A DNA stretch of 64,000 nt. Origin: Ascidiella aspersa (lineage: Eukaryota). This document shows positions 1 to 13,769 of the stretch, piece by piece (position 1 is the stretch's first letter; each line of letters opens with the position of its first letter). Made by a program: the position numbers and the translations under genes. The notes under the pieces were generated by a model. It worked only from the letters and a program-made list of their open reading frames with translations. It did not search any database and was not told where the DNA came from. Where the stretch lies: the NCBI GenBank assembly GCA_963924565.1, contig OZ004615.1, positions 17,298,001 through 17,362,000 of the forward strand, given 5' to 3'.

Positions 1-145
1 ACTGGTTTCGACCTGCTACCTGTGTATGTGTATGCCATTTCCTTGGCGACCTGGGACCCTTCCTACAGGTTTCCACTTTACAACGCTTCCGCGGAGCGTT
101 CACATCTTTTTACAGCGCACAGTTCGGCACGACGGACGAACACCA

Positions 146-3100
146 TTAGCCGGTGCCGCCGGCCGCTACCGGTACGCTCTGCAAGCTTCCGGGTTGCGCA
201 AGCCTAACGTAATGCTGGCCCGTGTTGATGTCGTACACCACATTGCCTTGTATCGAATCCGAATGGATCGGTTTGAATACGTGCTGTGGGTGCACAAGGG
301 GCTGCTGCTGTACAGGGTAAAATCCCTGACCCGAGAACGACCTGTGCGGCTGCATGGCCGGGACCACCTGAATCTTTCTGTAGCTGTGCGAAATACCGGG
401 GTCTGTTGGGCTGTGGGTCAAACTTGCCGCTTCCTCGGGATTCGAGTAGCAGCCGCTGTCGTAGCGCATTCTGTCCGCAAATCCTATGTCCTGGTAAATG
501 TTGCTTGTCTGTTCCCCTCCGCTGGTGGACCGGTTCGGGTGGATTTTGGGAAAGGTCTCGCCCGAGGAAATAAAAACGCTGTCCGATCTTGTGCTATTCG
601 ACGCGGTTGAAGCCTGGCTGTTTTGGCGCAAGGTCGTGTGCTCTGTTGTTGCACTAGGGGGCAAACTTTCCTGATGCTCGTAGGCCTTGCCGCGCTTTTT
701 GCATCGGCGGATCGAACAGTAAACTACGAACGCTACCACCACCATTCCGAACGCCACGCAAACCACTATAACCCAGAACACGGGAGAGTCTATGATTAAG
801 TCTTTGGTTGGCTCAGCTTCTTTGGGAACTGCCTTCACCGCCCTATCTGCTACCACACCCATCTTTTTAGGTTCTCTCAATGGCGTTGCTGCCAATGGCG
901 ACGTGCAGTTGGACTGTTCTCGTTTATTGTCGTCACACTGCTCGAAAAAATGCGCTTCAACTTTTCTCAACTTTAAACCGCGAAGTGTATCGGGTGACGC
1001 GCACGTGACGTCAAGGACTCTCGCCCAGTTTCCGGCCAAAGGATTCCGGAGGAACACCTGCAATCACAAACAATAGTAAAAGTTTAATACTTTAAAACAA
1101 AATAGATGAGACTGTGTGAATTTTTTTAATTTTAATTTTTCAAAACTGATTTTCTTAAATTTGAATAAACTCTATTTTGTTCCGAATAAACTGCATTTTG
1201 TTCCTTTTTTGTTCCGGGCCTTTTAACATTGAGAGTTATGAAAAACTAAGCATTCTATAGGTTGTGAAAATTAACCCATATTAACTTGACAAAAAAGCTT
1301 GGTGATTTGTTTTAAGATGTCAAAGTTTATATATACTTAACAGGTAAAATGTGGTATTTAATCATTATGGCGTTCAGAATTTAACAAAACAATGTTTAGA
1401 AGGTGGCAGATTATTTTCATCACGGAATGGTTGCCTGTTCATATTTAATGCAACCTAAAGTAACGTGGCTCACCCAGTAGTCGCGTGTCGCGCAATCGCA
1501 CGCGACGTTGTTGTCGCTGACTACGCTCTGGGCGGAAGGTTGATTGCCACCTGTTACCATCGTGTGGAAGATATCGGGCGAGATGTGTCGAAGTTTGTTG
1601 AACTGCAGCTGGATGCTGGTAAAATCCCTGTGTAAATAAAAAATATGCCAATTGTGCTGACAAGGGTAACGACGGCGACCAAGCTAGTCGCTCTGAGGTA
1701 CGGAAAGGCACTCTATCTATATCAGGGGTTCTTAACCTTTTTTGTACGTTTTACCCTAATAAAGATGAAAATCAGATTTACCCCCAATATATAAAATGGT
1801 ACCCTTTTATTTAAAAAAAAAGTGCCAAATTGCATCAGTTATATTCAATGCGACGGTTGCCCTTGCTTTTTTGGCAACGAGTTGTTCAATTTTTGGCAAA
1901 GTAGTAGATAATACACAACGAAAATGAGTCCCGTCAACCGATGTGGATATTTTGATTTACCCCCTAAAACGAGAAAATTTACCCCCTGGGGTAAATTTAC
2001 CCCAAGTTAGGAAAGGCTGACCTATATAGCTATCAATTATTAGTGCGCTACGACTGTACGTTGTTTTATTCGTGTGATTAAAGTGCAAAGTTACTCCGTT
2101 ATGTACGTCATAAACAAGTGCTCCAATCAGGGAGCTATTTGGGGTCATTTCATGTTATGGTCCGATTCTGTTGCGATAGCTGTAGCAGTTGTATAAGGCA
2201 AAGCAAACTCTTTGTGCTTATGTCAATCGCGCAAACCCAATGTGACAAAGGTCAATACAAACGAATGGGACTGTTTGTTTTATTGCTTCGCTAGTGGTTG
2301 CTATTGCGATGAATAAATAACAGACCTAGGTTTCTACCTTTAAAAACTGGTCAAGTGAATATTGAAAAATGAAACCTGTAACTAAGGTATTTTTTTAATT
2401 TTTCGTTTAATTTTAGGCTACCTGTAAAAATAATATAAAATATGCCAAATAAAAAAAATAAAAGGCAGTGGTTTACTAGAAAAGTGCAATTGAATAAATG
2501 CGCCTTTTCTAAACTACATATTAGGTACAAAACAGCAAACAATTTTGATACAATACAGCAAACAGTAAATAACTTCAGATAAACTTAGCGCCAACTCAAG
2601 TAGTTGATGATCGTCACGTCCAAATGGCGAAGCAAAACAGCCCAGGGCTAATATGTTCGCTATCTAGATACCTTCACGATAAACTACCTTTTCTTAAATT
2701 GTCCAGGGTCACTGATGCAAGACAGGTTGTTGTGCGACAGGTTCAGATCCTTTAACTTGGTGAATATTCTCAAATCTTTGCCAGAAAACCCTTGCAAATG
2801 ATTGCGATGCAAATCCAACGTTCTGTCGATACAAATGTTATTTGATTTTAAGTGTTTTAAGTATTCACAACCTTCTATTGAAATCATGGCAACCGTTGGT
2901 TAAAAATTTTCGAACGCGCACAAAGTGCGGTGTCGTCATTTGCCTGTTGGTTCAGTTCAAGGCGTTATTTTTCACATAAACCAACTCACTTCTAAGCATC
3001 CTTGTGATTTGACCCCTAGGTGGACAGACACACACAAAAAAAAAACGGGTATGATCTATATTTCATGCGATAAAATCGTATCTAAAAGCCTCGGTTAAAC

Positions 3101-6100
3101 GGCATTAAATTGCACAGTGTCGAAATTTCGAAAAATCAAAAAAAAACGAAAATCTTTAATTGATGCGACAGTGTATGCAAAACCGAGTTCTTTTTGTGTG
3201 TGCTGGTAGGTATATCACTCCACAAAAATTTTGTTTGCTTGTCACTTGTTTACACTGAGAGCAAACTTACCAAAAACGTTTTGTAATCGTAATTCAACAT
3301 ATAGTGGTGAGTGGTGAGCAGTAAAATAAAAAAATGAGTTTCAGTGTTTTGGAAACTGCTGGGTAGAAAGGAAGTTTTAAGCGCGATTTATTGCGATTGG
3401 GGTGTGCGCAAAACCGCAATTTCGCCACTGCTACGGACGAATATACGTTTTGGTGCCGTTCAACTTATCCGCAAACACATTAACGACTTCCGTACAACCT
3501 GAATAGTAAGACATCTGGAAGGCGTTACTAGTGTGACGTTAGCTGTTTAATCACATGGAGACGGGTTGGCAAATAAATAAAATGATGCGAGGAAAAGCGT
3601 GGGTTAGGGCTTATTTGATTCCGACGCAAACTTACAATAAGCTCCAAACTATGGTGACTATAATATAAAAAAACATAAGATCCTTTGAAAAGGGGAGTTT
3701 ACAATAGAAGCTCACCTTAATGAGGGAAAGACTGTCCCGTGACCCCACTGCAACGACTTAAGTGCGTTTCCGCTAAGGTCAAGTGTCTCCAGCAGCACTA
3801 CGTCACTAAACGCCTCCGGCGAAACGTAATTAATGACGTTATCGGACAGGTCTAGTGACGTCAGCATTTTCAAGTTCGCGAATAAACCTTCGCTAATCGT
3901 TGTCAGCCGATTGTGCCTTAGAGACAGCATCTGTAGTTCCAATGTTCCTTAAAAGCAAAACCAAGTCCGTTAATTACCAACCTTTAGAAGTGGAATAAAA
4001 GTTTTATAAAATGCAATTTTTAATAGTGCATTATCACTTAACCCAGGCAGGCAAAGATAACCTGGTTTTGTTTACAAAAAGCAGCATCAGAAACAATTGC
4101 TTGTTTTTATTTAGAAACTTGCAAAATGTACGCAGCTTACTTTGAAACGTTTTAGATGAAATGTTGGCAATCTTGTTGTTGGACAAAATCAATCGTTGAA
4201 CTTTCTTACAATACTTAAACGAATCAAAATCTATTGATTTCAACCTGTTTCCATTCAAATTTATCACTTCGAGCCGTGGGTAGGGTTCGAAGTCACCTGA
4301 AGGAAAATTTACTTTATTAATTGTCTATTAATAAAAGTTTTAACCGCAGACATGGAAGTGTAAATGCAGGTATTTTTTAAAAAGTTGCGAAAATTATTCA
4401 ATTTTTAACCATTTATGTTTATTTCTTAAAGCATAACTTGTTTAACGCTCTCCCGAGCCTACAGGCCCAACGTGAATTACGTTTTCTGACACAAATAGGG
4501 GTGAAAGAGAATTAAAAGTTTGGTGACCCAACAAACTCTCGCCAAGCCCTTCTTGCAAGCGACACATGCAAACAGAGTTTGCCGAAATAAAATGAAACTG
4601 TTTGATAGCGTGATACCTTCCATTTGCCGTTAACGCGTGTTGGCGTGGTGGCGCAAGGCCAACGGTTAATATTTAACCGTGTATAACCAGCCTGACTTGT
4701 GTGCCGTGTGGGCGGGTCCCACGCAAATCATGCAAAAGTCCGTTTTTTTGCGACCTCATTGCGCGACCGAAGTAAAATTCCCCTAGTTGCTCATCTAGCT
4801 GACCATGCGGCATTTTAGTAACTAGGTCAAGCTTACATAACGGTTTCCTTTGAATAGCCCAGACCATAGTCGAAACTGTTTCCAGTTGGCGATCATGTAC
4901 TTAACACTTGGGGGCCGGGCGTTTCTGACCTGTAGAAGTTCCTATTAGGTGACCACGTACGGGCTTCAAAAAGCTTTTTACGTGACAAAAAATGTACACT
5001 TTGACATAGCGGCAATACCCATAATCGTGCAATGACTACGTCCTAACTTTTTCCGGGCAAGTATTTTAGCGACGACGCATTGTTGAAGTTTTGATCTGGA
5101 ATGAATATTGTCTAACCGCGTACCCCTAATTTATTTTTGTGCTGCGCGCGGACCATGATAGACGAGAAATTTCAGAGATGACGTCAAAATACAAATAAAC
5201 TATAGAAATCTGCTAAATTCGTACATTCAGTTATAAAAAGTTTTATTTCTAATTAAATTTTTTTGAAAAACTGATTACTTCTTAAATGAACATTAACATT
5301 TCAATTAGGACTTCATGAACCCCCTAAAACTAGTTCACAGACCCTAAAGGGGTCTATGGACCTCAGTTCAAGAAACCCTGGTTTAAAGCATAAAGGGCAC
5401 TCTGGGATTAAATGGCAAACCTAATAATACAGCGAAAATGTGATGTGTTATGTTATAGCCAATTTTTATCTTGTTCCATTTACCATACTTGTATCGCAAA
5501 TACGCCATCACAAATTTGACCGTTTTTGTGCTGTAGAAAGATGGGTAGAAAACACCCTCGGCATAAATTTCCAGGTAACTTTGCGAGAATTATTCTTAAA
5601 TCGGATTTTTTGGCGTTTCGTTCTCGGCGGGAAATAGGTCAAAAGTAAACAGTGTACCTTTGCGAAAGCCCCCACGTAAGTTAAGGCCGCGAGCTAAAGT
5701 TAAGAGAAGTGGAAATCCCGGCGGTCACCACCTTTCCCCCAGACGCCCGTCGGCGGATTACACGGCGCAACCAGAATAGATGCGGAAACCCGATCGTCGA
5801 ACGCGTTCACCAGCAGACGCCATCATTACCAATTATACGCAGCTGTAGCCTATGCAACTGGCCACTGCCTGCGAACCAGTGGCGGCTTTGTTTGCCGAAA
5901 GTGACAAAATAGTTCATTAGGACACCAAATTTATATGTTTTCGTTATTCTTTACTCTCAAGGCTTATTTCCACCCTTTTTATTCGTGATTTCGTATTTTT
6001 TCATGCAAAAACGCCGTTCATAATTGACATTGGCAATGATGATCCTTAATAACAAGAATCGCACCGCAATATTGGTTGTCCCACCACCCCTAAGGTTCCT

Positions 6101-7777
6101 GAGCCATGGAAATTGTATGTTGGCGGTGGATATATTAGGGGATATGTCACCGTCAAAATTTTTGACCTTTATTTTTGGAATCAAAACAGTTAACAAACCT
6201 TTACCTTGTGTTTGTGGTTTCATGCAGTGTATAAAACAATGAGCACTATTAACCTTTACGCACACCGCGCAGGTTGAACCACGTTTTTGTTACAAGGCGA
6301 TGAATTTGTGTTTAAAACGTTTTTCCACCCGCATTATCGTTATAACATTATTGATTATTGCGCTGGAAGCCGCCCAAAATAGTGTGCCGTTGCTAAATGT
6401 AACAGGTTTGCATTGACAAGAACAATAGACCCTCTTTGTAGCAGATAAAGTTCCGGACCGTTCCGGCTTACTTTACCACTATAGCACACGCGGTTAAACC
6501 AGTGTTCTCCACTTGTGGTACACAGTACCACTAGTGGTTCGCGAAGGCTTTTAAGGTGGTACACGAGCATCTTTCAGCTATTACGCAAAGTTTCTAAAAA
6601 CTAACGCAAATGTAATATTATTGCGGCTTCCGTAAGCTATTTTCTGTCATTTTGCCACTTTATTGCAGGCAATAAACCAAAATCTACACCTTGCGTAGGG
6701 AAGGAGTTTTTAAGTTAGTTTAAAAAGCTTAAAAATTAACTATTAGTTAATTTGAGTAAGTTTTTTTTATATAAAAGCACGAGGCGACAGTAAAAAGCCA
6801 TTAGGTGACATGCGGCCCAGAAAAGGGTAAAAACCACCAAGTTGAACGGATAAATATATGTTTATAGCTAAAGAATTTTTTTAGAGAGGGGGGATAAACG
6901 TCCAACCTGGAACGAGCGCTTCCATGCAGGTAACGTTGAACATAAGCGTTGTGCCGGTGGCTGGGTCTGCATATGCTTCGACCTGTTGAGGCGCAGGAAT
7001 CCGAGAGAAGTTGGTGTCATCACACCAAAGCTCACGTTTGTTGTAGTCGAAAAGACACCTACAATAACAGTAGATGGATAGGTGAAAATAGAATTTACAG
7101 CAGACAGGTTTCAGGCACACTAATTTACACACCTGTAAGTTATCAGTTATCGTAATATGTCCGCTATTCATTTCTTCCCCTTTATTTGAATGTCCATAGG
7201 TGATCCCAAATGTCAATGTTGTCAACGATTTGCGAAAACACCCTAGACGCTCGACACTGCGGATAGCGAATCCGAGCAAGCGATTTAATAAAATATAAAT
7301 CAGAGACATGTGCTCATTATTGCCTGGAGTCAACACCACAATTTGTATTCTTCGATTCCCCAAAAATAAATGTTAAAAAGTAACCCAGTAAAATGATTAT
7401 AAAAGACTCTGAACAAGCAAACTTTTTTGCAGTAAGGCGTGAACTTTAGGGGAACACAAAGAAGCGTATAAACTGATAACGTCATGTATTAACTACATAC
7501 ATACCCTTCCCTATCCCCTTCTCGAAATGAAAGTGAAAATTTGCAAACAAAACCTAGGTACTAAGGCAACAAGGTAGCAAACACATCGTCCTGCCACAGT
7601 TGAACATATTTAAACTTTAAACGATTTAGGCATGCAGCGTAAACCCGTAGATTAGTTATGTCGTTCTACTTACTTTGTGTCGTGCCTCACTTCTCCGTTG
7701 TTGCAGCTTGCAGCACAACTGAGAGAAAACTTAACACAAATGACGATTCCGACGTTCCAGATAAGTTTAATGAACAT
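146..7777 (-). CDS. Leucine-rich repeat single-pass transmembrane protein (signal peptide, LRRNT, ~8-9 LRRs, LRRCT, TM, long cytoplasmic tail), ~614 aa
   Basis: Phase-consistent exons 7674-7777 (MFIKLIWNVGIVICVKFSLSCAA, signal-like), 6907-7058, 4141-4296, 3716-3947, 2688-2822, 1474-1627 and 146-1057 total 1845 nt. LxxLxLxxNxL repeats (LEVINLNGNRL, LTSLDLSDNVI, LKDLNLSHNNL), LRRCT NNVACDC...W...VTCASP, TM VFWVIVVCVAFGMVVVAFVVYC followed by RRCKKR. No Ig, FN3 or TIR domain recognised. Confidence 0.85.
1723..2019. mobile_element. hAT-type MITE in an LRR-gene intron
   Basis: Ends CAGGGGTTCTTAAC / GTTAGGAAAGGCTG; 8-bp flanks ATCTATAT / ACCTATAT (7/8 match); internal TTTACCCC repeats. Confidence 0.7.
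5110..5380. mobile_element. Partial MITE of the same family as 35537-35736
   Basis: Right end GGACCTCAGTTCAAGAAACCCTG and internal CGCGGACC...TAGAC match the 35.5 kb copy. The left end is not resolved. Confidence 0.5.
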
Positions 7778-10029
7778 GTTCAACTTACGGATAACGCGTC
7801 TGCTGCACGTTATGCAAAAGCTAAAGCTGCAAGGAAAACACACTGGGTGATAAGCTGTGGTTATCGCATCTTTGCAATTCCGCGAACGCTAGTTCGATTA
7901 CAAAGAAATCGTAATAGGGTACCCAGGTGTCACTATATAAAGACGAATTGTATTGATTCTTGACAAGCTTTCGCACCACCGTTCTTCATTAGGTCAAAAG
8001 AAATCGAAGTGTCATAAAACAGCAAATAACAATGCACAGCGATCATATCAATCACGACATTAACATGTTGGCAAGGCAATGCCCCTGCCAAACATCCCAT
8101 TTTGACCCATAACAAAGACAGACACTCCCCATTACATGTACAGTACAGAAACCAGCAACACTCCCTGCTGCTTTTGTTACCTTATTCGTGTACGCAAAGG
8201 TGACGGAAAGTCTGCACCTCTCAACGTGACAAAACCGATGCTTAAATCACTGCCAATTGGACTTGAACGCCAGATTCTAGCTCAATGGCCCCCGCAGTGC
8301 GCGCCTTATTTCGCTACTGGCAACCTTTGCTTGTTCTCTTTCTCGGTTGGCTTTGCCTAGACTCTTGTTTGAATATCGGTTCCGCTATTTGCTCGCTCTG
8401 CTCAGCTATTGACCTTAGATGCCTGGAGGTCTGCAAGCGACGGGACGTTGTCGGCAAAAACAAGTTTCTTCGGACGACCGCTGGCCTACGCAGGCTGCTT
8501 GCGTTGCGCCGAATTCTTACGTTGGTTTGTGCGATATTTACTCTTGACGTCACTGCTTTATATTTGTGACGTCATATATAGCTAACGTCATTCGGATTTG
8601 ATGCACACTAAGCGCAAAGCTATCTTTTAACACTAACAGCAACGCTTTTCAGGCCAGAAAAAAACGTAGTGCAACATAACCTAAGTTTAAGGTTAAATTT
8701 AAACTTTATCCTTCAAGTTAACGTTATACATTTTACGAACATTGGCTTTCACCTAAGTTGGCCTGTTCCTGTTGAAAGCAACGAAAAACGTTTCGCTTCA
8801 CTTGCTCTGGACTTGCCCTTTTTCTGTGTCATGTTTGGTTAAGCGTAACGCGTTTCTGAGATCCGGCTCTTGGTCTTTGCCAAGAAATTGTAATCCGGCG
8901 TTCGGGTGTTTCCCAGCGAAAAGCACTTCAAAAACTATTTAGGCGCTAAATGCTTGGTTAATCTCGTGCTAAGTTTGAAGACCGCTAAAAGACAACGTTG
9001 GTTCAGCGAACACATAAAATAGAAAGCCTTTTAGGTTTTTTAACAACAATAAGTTGGCGACACCGAAGCACAACAAGGTATACCCTTTCAGGGAGTTGTG
9101 GCGTACAATGTACATACTCAACAATAACCTCGTGCAGAACAATAACAACGTGCGTCAAAGCTACTCAAATAAGTAGTATGGACAGCAAAGGCGTTGTTAT
9201 TCGTACGATGTCGAGATATTGTATTTCAAACACTGTTGTAACACGGAAGTTGCCAGGGCACAAATCAAAAAGCCCCTTTCATTACAACACTTGCTCAATT
9301 TTGTAAAATCTTTTGTATTAGTTATATACGGTTTATGAAATTGATTCTTCTTATTGACAGGACAGGTGTTCTTTTCGGAACTAAGCATGTCGGGGTTTGT
9401 GTTGCAAAATTCAGCCCAGGTGAAATTTAATACAACAGCAATTAAATTGTTTTTTCCCCACCACTGTAAATAGCAATTTATTATTATTCGTGTATAGCAC
9501 CAGTTACAGACAGCCAGACACACATGTCAAACGTATTTTAGTTTAATTGCATTACTACCTTAACCAATTGGTAATTCATAAACTACATGTAAATGCATTT
9601 TGGGACTAGGGTTCGAAGCAGAGGCGTTCGACTCAAAGACAATGTGCCAATATTTTAAACCTTGTTTCGTAAAACTTTTATGTAAAACTATTTCCTCAGA
9701 TTTTGTTGACAGTGGATCAAAAATTCTTTTTCTTGCAATGTCGCAATGCCCCAAGTGGCGGGTATTTTGTTTTTTGTGAAACGGGTCGTGTGTTCTTAGA
9801 CAAGATGTCATAAGTTAAATCTATTTTATTAATATTTTTTCCACAGTAATTTTATAACATATTTTCGTTCTTCTTACTTAGAAGAAAATCTTTTATGTAA
9901 TTTGAAACATAACAAACAGTTACTTTAGTGAATTCTCCAGGTTTTAGCTAAGGATGATGCGGTTTAACCACATTACATATGGCTACATGGCAGAACGAAA
10001 GAGACATGTGTCAAATGGTAACTTCAAAC

Positions 10030-10476
10030 CAGGGCTGCGGAGTCGGGGTCGGACTCGGGACTCGGAACTCGGGACCCGGGACTCGGGCCTCGAGGAGTCG
10101 GTTTGTTTTTGCTGGAGTCGGACTCGGGACTCGAGTAAGACCTTGTAAAACTACCCAAGTCCTGAGTCCGGCATGCGCAGGCGCAGTACCGAATTTTAAA
10201 ATTGATATGGCCGCCAAGTGGAAATTGTAAAGGTGGAATATTATATGGTGGAATTTTTTCCAACCATGTATTGTGAGTGAATAAATTATATGACATCCCT
10301 ATAAGTAGATTGCTGAATATCCACGTTATTTTAGTTACTTATAAATTTGTGAAATACAGGCTGTAGTGTCCGGGCCGGACTCGGGACTCGACAAAATCGC
10401 ACATTTGACCGGACTCGGATTTAGTTTGTTGGCCGGAGTCGGACTCGGGTTATTTTTAACCGACTTCGCAGCCCTG
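10030..10476 (+). mobile_element. hAT-type MITE, family A (GACTCG-rich)
   Basis: TIRs CAGGGCTGCGGAGTCGG / CCGACTTCGCAGCCCTG; flanks CTTCAAAC / CTTCAAAA; subterminal GGACTCG repeats; three more copies in the window. Confidence 0.85.
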
Positions 10477-10920
10477 CTTCAAAATATCAAATATTTTACT
10501 GGTCGTCTAAAATGTTTTACTGCAGGTCAACCGAAAAGTGCCGTGATTCAAATTGCTCTTTAATCACATCGAGAAGTCGTAACAATCATTAACAAAGTGT
10601 AAAACAAAACGTTTATCTAATTTAAAATAACAAAAATCAGTCAAAACTTAGTTTTTGCGGACAAATTGAAGGTACTAGGTAACTGAAACACGTATAACCA
10701 AACATGAATGGATTTGTGAGAGCTCGAGTCTCCACACATTGTCGTTAATACACAAACGTTAAACGGACCGTAGCCAATAAATTGCCATAAAGTTAATTAC
10801 CGATAACTTATCGCACACAACCTACCGAATTTTCTGCAAAGTAGTATATTTCTTTATTATACAGTATATGGTATACAGAGAGCAATTTAGGCAGAATAAA
10901 GCTCATGGTTGAAAACACAT

Positions 10921-11123
10921 TGTTAAGTATTACGCATTTCGAGCCATGTACTGTAGTCGTTTCGCACCCTGCGGCTTAATTACGTTATTCGCATTCTTGT
11001 GCTGATTGCTGATTGATTACAGTGCTATTGTGGTGCTATGCTAATTGATTTCTTTGCTACTTAAACCGTGGTTGGTTTCGTTTCATTGCCTATTACTTCA
11101 CTGCTCTGATCAAGAATACAACA
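10921..11123 (+). repeat. 5' LTR
   Basis: TGTTAAGTATTACG...AAGAATACAACA; direct repeat of 13567-13769. Confidence 0.95.
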
Positions 11124-11124
11124 T

Positions 11125-11137
11125 TGGCGAAGAGGAT
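11125..11137 (+). promoter_or_regulatory. Primer binding site (tRNA-Ser GCU-like)
   Basis: TGGCGAAGAGGAT lies 1 nt after the 5' LTR and has one mismatch to TGGCGACGAGGAT, the complement of the 3' end of metazoan tRNA-Ser(GCU). Confidence 0.7.
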
Positions 11138-11193
11138 ATTTTATCTTTCATTGTTCGACTCCACGCTATTGAAAATCTTCTTCAAGGCTGACG

Positions 11194-13493
11194 ATGGAAA
11201 AGTTTTTCGAATTTATGCAAAAGCAAGTGGAAGTTCAAGAAAGACGTCATCAAGAACAGATGGAAGTTATGATGACGCTACTGAAGAAGACATCCTTAGA
11301 TGAAAGTTCTTCTTCGCCCCGTAACAGCGTGCCCCAAGCCACGCCAAATTTCTGCGCGTTCGATTCTACAGTGGAGCTTTGGCAAGACTATTTGTCAAGG
11401 TTTTATACTTTTGTCAAGGCCCATGAAGTTCCCGAGACGAGACAAGCGCAAGTTTTTCTGACGAATCAGAGCGGTACTGTATACAAGCTTCTGGCCAATT
11501 TGGCATCGCAGAGTTCTCCACCCAAACAGGTTAATGACCTAAAGCTGGGCGAGAGTAAAGCTTTCATGGATGAGCAGTACGACCCCAAGCGTTTCGTGGT
11601 AAGAGAGCGTTTCAAATTTTGGAGCGATATGAAGCGTAAGCCGGGGGAATCTATCCAGGAACTTGCAGCACGTATTCGTCAAGACGCTTACCTGCGACTT
11701 TCCATCTATCACCGACCCTTTGGACGAAGCATTACGGACACGTTTCATCTGTTCTGTTGGCAATGAGGCTATCCTGAAGGCTGTATTTAAGGTAAAAAGT
11801 GACGAACTTTCGTTTTCGCGGGCTATACAAATTGCAACAGAGACGGAAGATGCTCCTCGGGCTGCCAAAGAAACTGTTTTCGCGGCAGAAATGGATCCCT
11901 CAGTAAACAAGCTCAAAAGCCACAAGAAGGCATGGAAGTACGGTTTTCAGGATTCGCGAAAGGAACCGTTGTTGAAGTGTCATAGGTTCGGGAAGCCTGG
12001 ACATCTTGCGACAACCTGTCGTTTTAAAAACTCCAGGTGTAATTTTTGTAAGTGCACAGGACATTTGCAAGCAGTATGCAGATTTCGAGCGTAAGGTCAG
12101 TGGCATCTCTTGACTGCCAGCTTATGCCAAAAATGATTTATACACTAGTCGTCGACTCCAAATCGTTCAACGTAGAACTCGATACTGCTGCAGGTGGCAA
12201 CATTTTGTCAACCAATGTTTGGAGAAGTATTGGGCGGCCGAAGCTTGATGACACGAGCGTTGCTTATCGATCCGCTTCCGGCCATTCTCTTAATATTATT
12301 GGTTGCTGTCGTTTGAAAGGTCAATGTTCCTAACTCACATGCCACCAGCATGCTCACGTTTTACGTAACGAAGCTAAGCAATTTAAACATTCTGGGAAGA
12401 GATTCCATTCGTGATTTGAAAATTTCTCTGGACAAGATTATGTATGGAACCACCAAGTCGTTTTCCAGATCAGTGTCTGCAATTGAATCATCCAAAGATT
12501 TCCAAGCAGAATGTAAGAGGATTTGCATGGATTTTCCTAATCTCTTTAAAGAAGAGTTGGGAACCTTACAAGGCTTCGAATTAGAAGTGCAGTTTATGAA
12601 TAATCCAACTCCGGTGTATCACAAGCCAAGGCCCGTTCCGTTTGCTCTGCTCGAGGGTTTAAATCAAAGTTACGAGGCAGGAGTTCGAAACGGCACATGG
12701 ACGCCTGTGCAATTTAATGATTGGGGTACACCGGTGGTGCCTGTGCGAAAGGCGCCATTACCAGGACAGACATCTGGTAGAGTTCGGGTATGCGGCGATT
12801 ACTCTGTAACTGTGAATCCTCAACTCGAGACACATCGCCAGCCCCTACCGTTACCAAGTGATCTAATGCAGAAACTTGGAGGAGGTCACGGTTTCACCAA
12901 GATAGATTTGGCAGATGCATACAACCAGATCAGACTTGGCCCAGAAAGCCGAAAGAGGTTAGCCCTCAGTACTCATCGAGGCGCTTTTCTTCAAAATATG
13001 TTACCTTTCGGAATTTCTTCTGCACCGGGCTATTTCCAAAAGTTAATGAACGACATCACTCACGATTTACCAGGTGTGGCGGTATTTTTAGATGACATCT
13101 TGGTCAGCGGTTCTTCTAAAGAGAATCATTTGCAAAATTTGCGTCGTTTGCTTCAACGGCTTGATCAAAAGGGTTTACGTTGTCGGTTGGAGAAATGCAA
13201 ATTTGCGCAAGAAAAAGTTGAATACCTTGGACATGTTCTCACCAAGGAGGGCATTGCAAAAGGAAGTAAAGTCGATGATGTCATAAATATGCCCCCACCA
13301 GAAAATGTGTCAAATCTTCGTTCATTTTTGGGTTCCGTGCCCTAACACATTTTGATCAAACTCTGCCCATTGGAATAGCATGCGATGCGTCCAGCGTAGG
13401 AATTGGTGCGGTTTTATTTCATCGTCTTGCAGATGGAAGTGAAAGACCAATAGCCAACATATCGAAAACGCTGACTGACTGCCAGAGGAAGTA
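11194..13493 (+). pseudogene. Disrupted gag-pol of the LTR retrotransposon
   Basis: Gag (ERFKFW...KPGESIQELAARIRQ) with a frameshift near 11688; two zinc knuckles (CHRFGKPGHLATTC, CNFCKCTGHLQAVC); protease ELDTAAG; RT (RVCGDY, KIDLADAYNQI, LPFGISSAPG, VFLDDIL) in 12350-13345; RNase H start (ACDASSVGIGAVL...ERPIANISKTL) at ~13342-13493. Further frame breaks near 12080 and 12333. Confidence 0.9.
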
Positions 13494-13566
13494 TATGCTC
13501 CGCAACGTTTTTGTTGTTAATGTCGTGATATTGTTATTGCGCAGCTTTGTAATTTTGTTGGCGAGG

Positions 13567-13769
13567 TGGTAAGTATTACGCATTTCGAGCCATGTACTGT
13601 AGTTGTTTCGCACCCTGCGGCTTAATTACGTTATTCGCATTCTTGTGCTGATTGCTGATTGATTACAGTGCTATTGTGCTGCTATGCTAATTGATTTCTT
13701 TGCTACTTAAACCGTGGTTGGTTTCGTTTCATTGCCTATTACTTCACTGCTCTGATCAAGAATACAACA
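13567..13769 (+). repeat. 3' LTR
   Basis: Direct repeat of the 5' LTR, followed by the TSD CACAT. Confidence 0.95.

Larger units (their letters stand above)
10921..13769 (+). mobile_element. Ty3/Gypsy (Mag-like) LTR retrotransposon, internally deleted and defective
   Basis: LTRs 10921-11123 and 13567-13769 (TG...CA, 203 bp, 3 mismatches); 5-bp TSD CACAT at 10916-10920 and 13770-13774; PBS; gag, protease, RT and partial RNase H; no integrase core. Confidence 0.95.

Noticed and set aside
26-610. 194-aa plus-strand ORF (likewise 34637-35119, 37859-38485, 38690-39235 and 11539-11925)
   Set aside because: Antisense shadows of GC-richer real coding regions on the opposite strand.
5600-5900. GC-richer block in LRR intron 2 as an extra exon
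   Set aside because: No LRR-like frame, and the flanking exons already join in phase. It may be regulatory, but that cannot be supported from sequence alone.
6881-7363. 160-aa ORF as the LRR gene N-terminus
   Set aside because: Only 6907-7058 is exonic; a better signal-peptide exon with a strong in-phase donor lies at 7674-7777.
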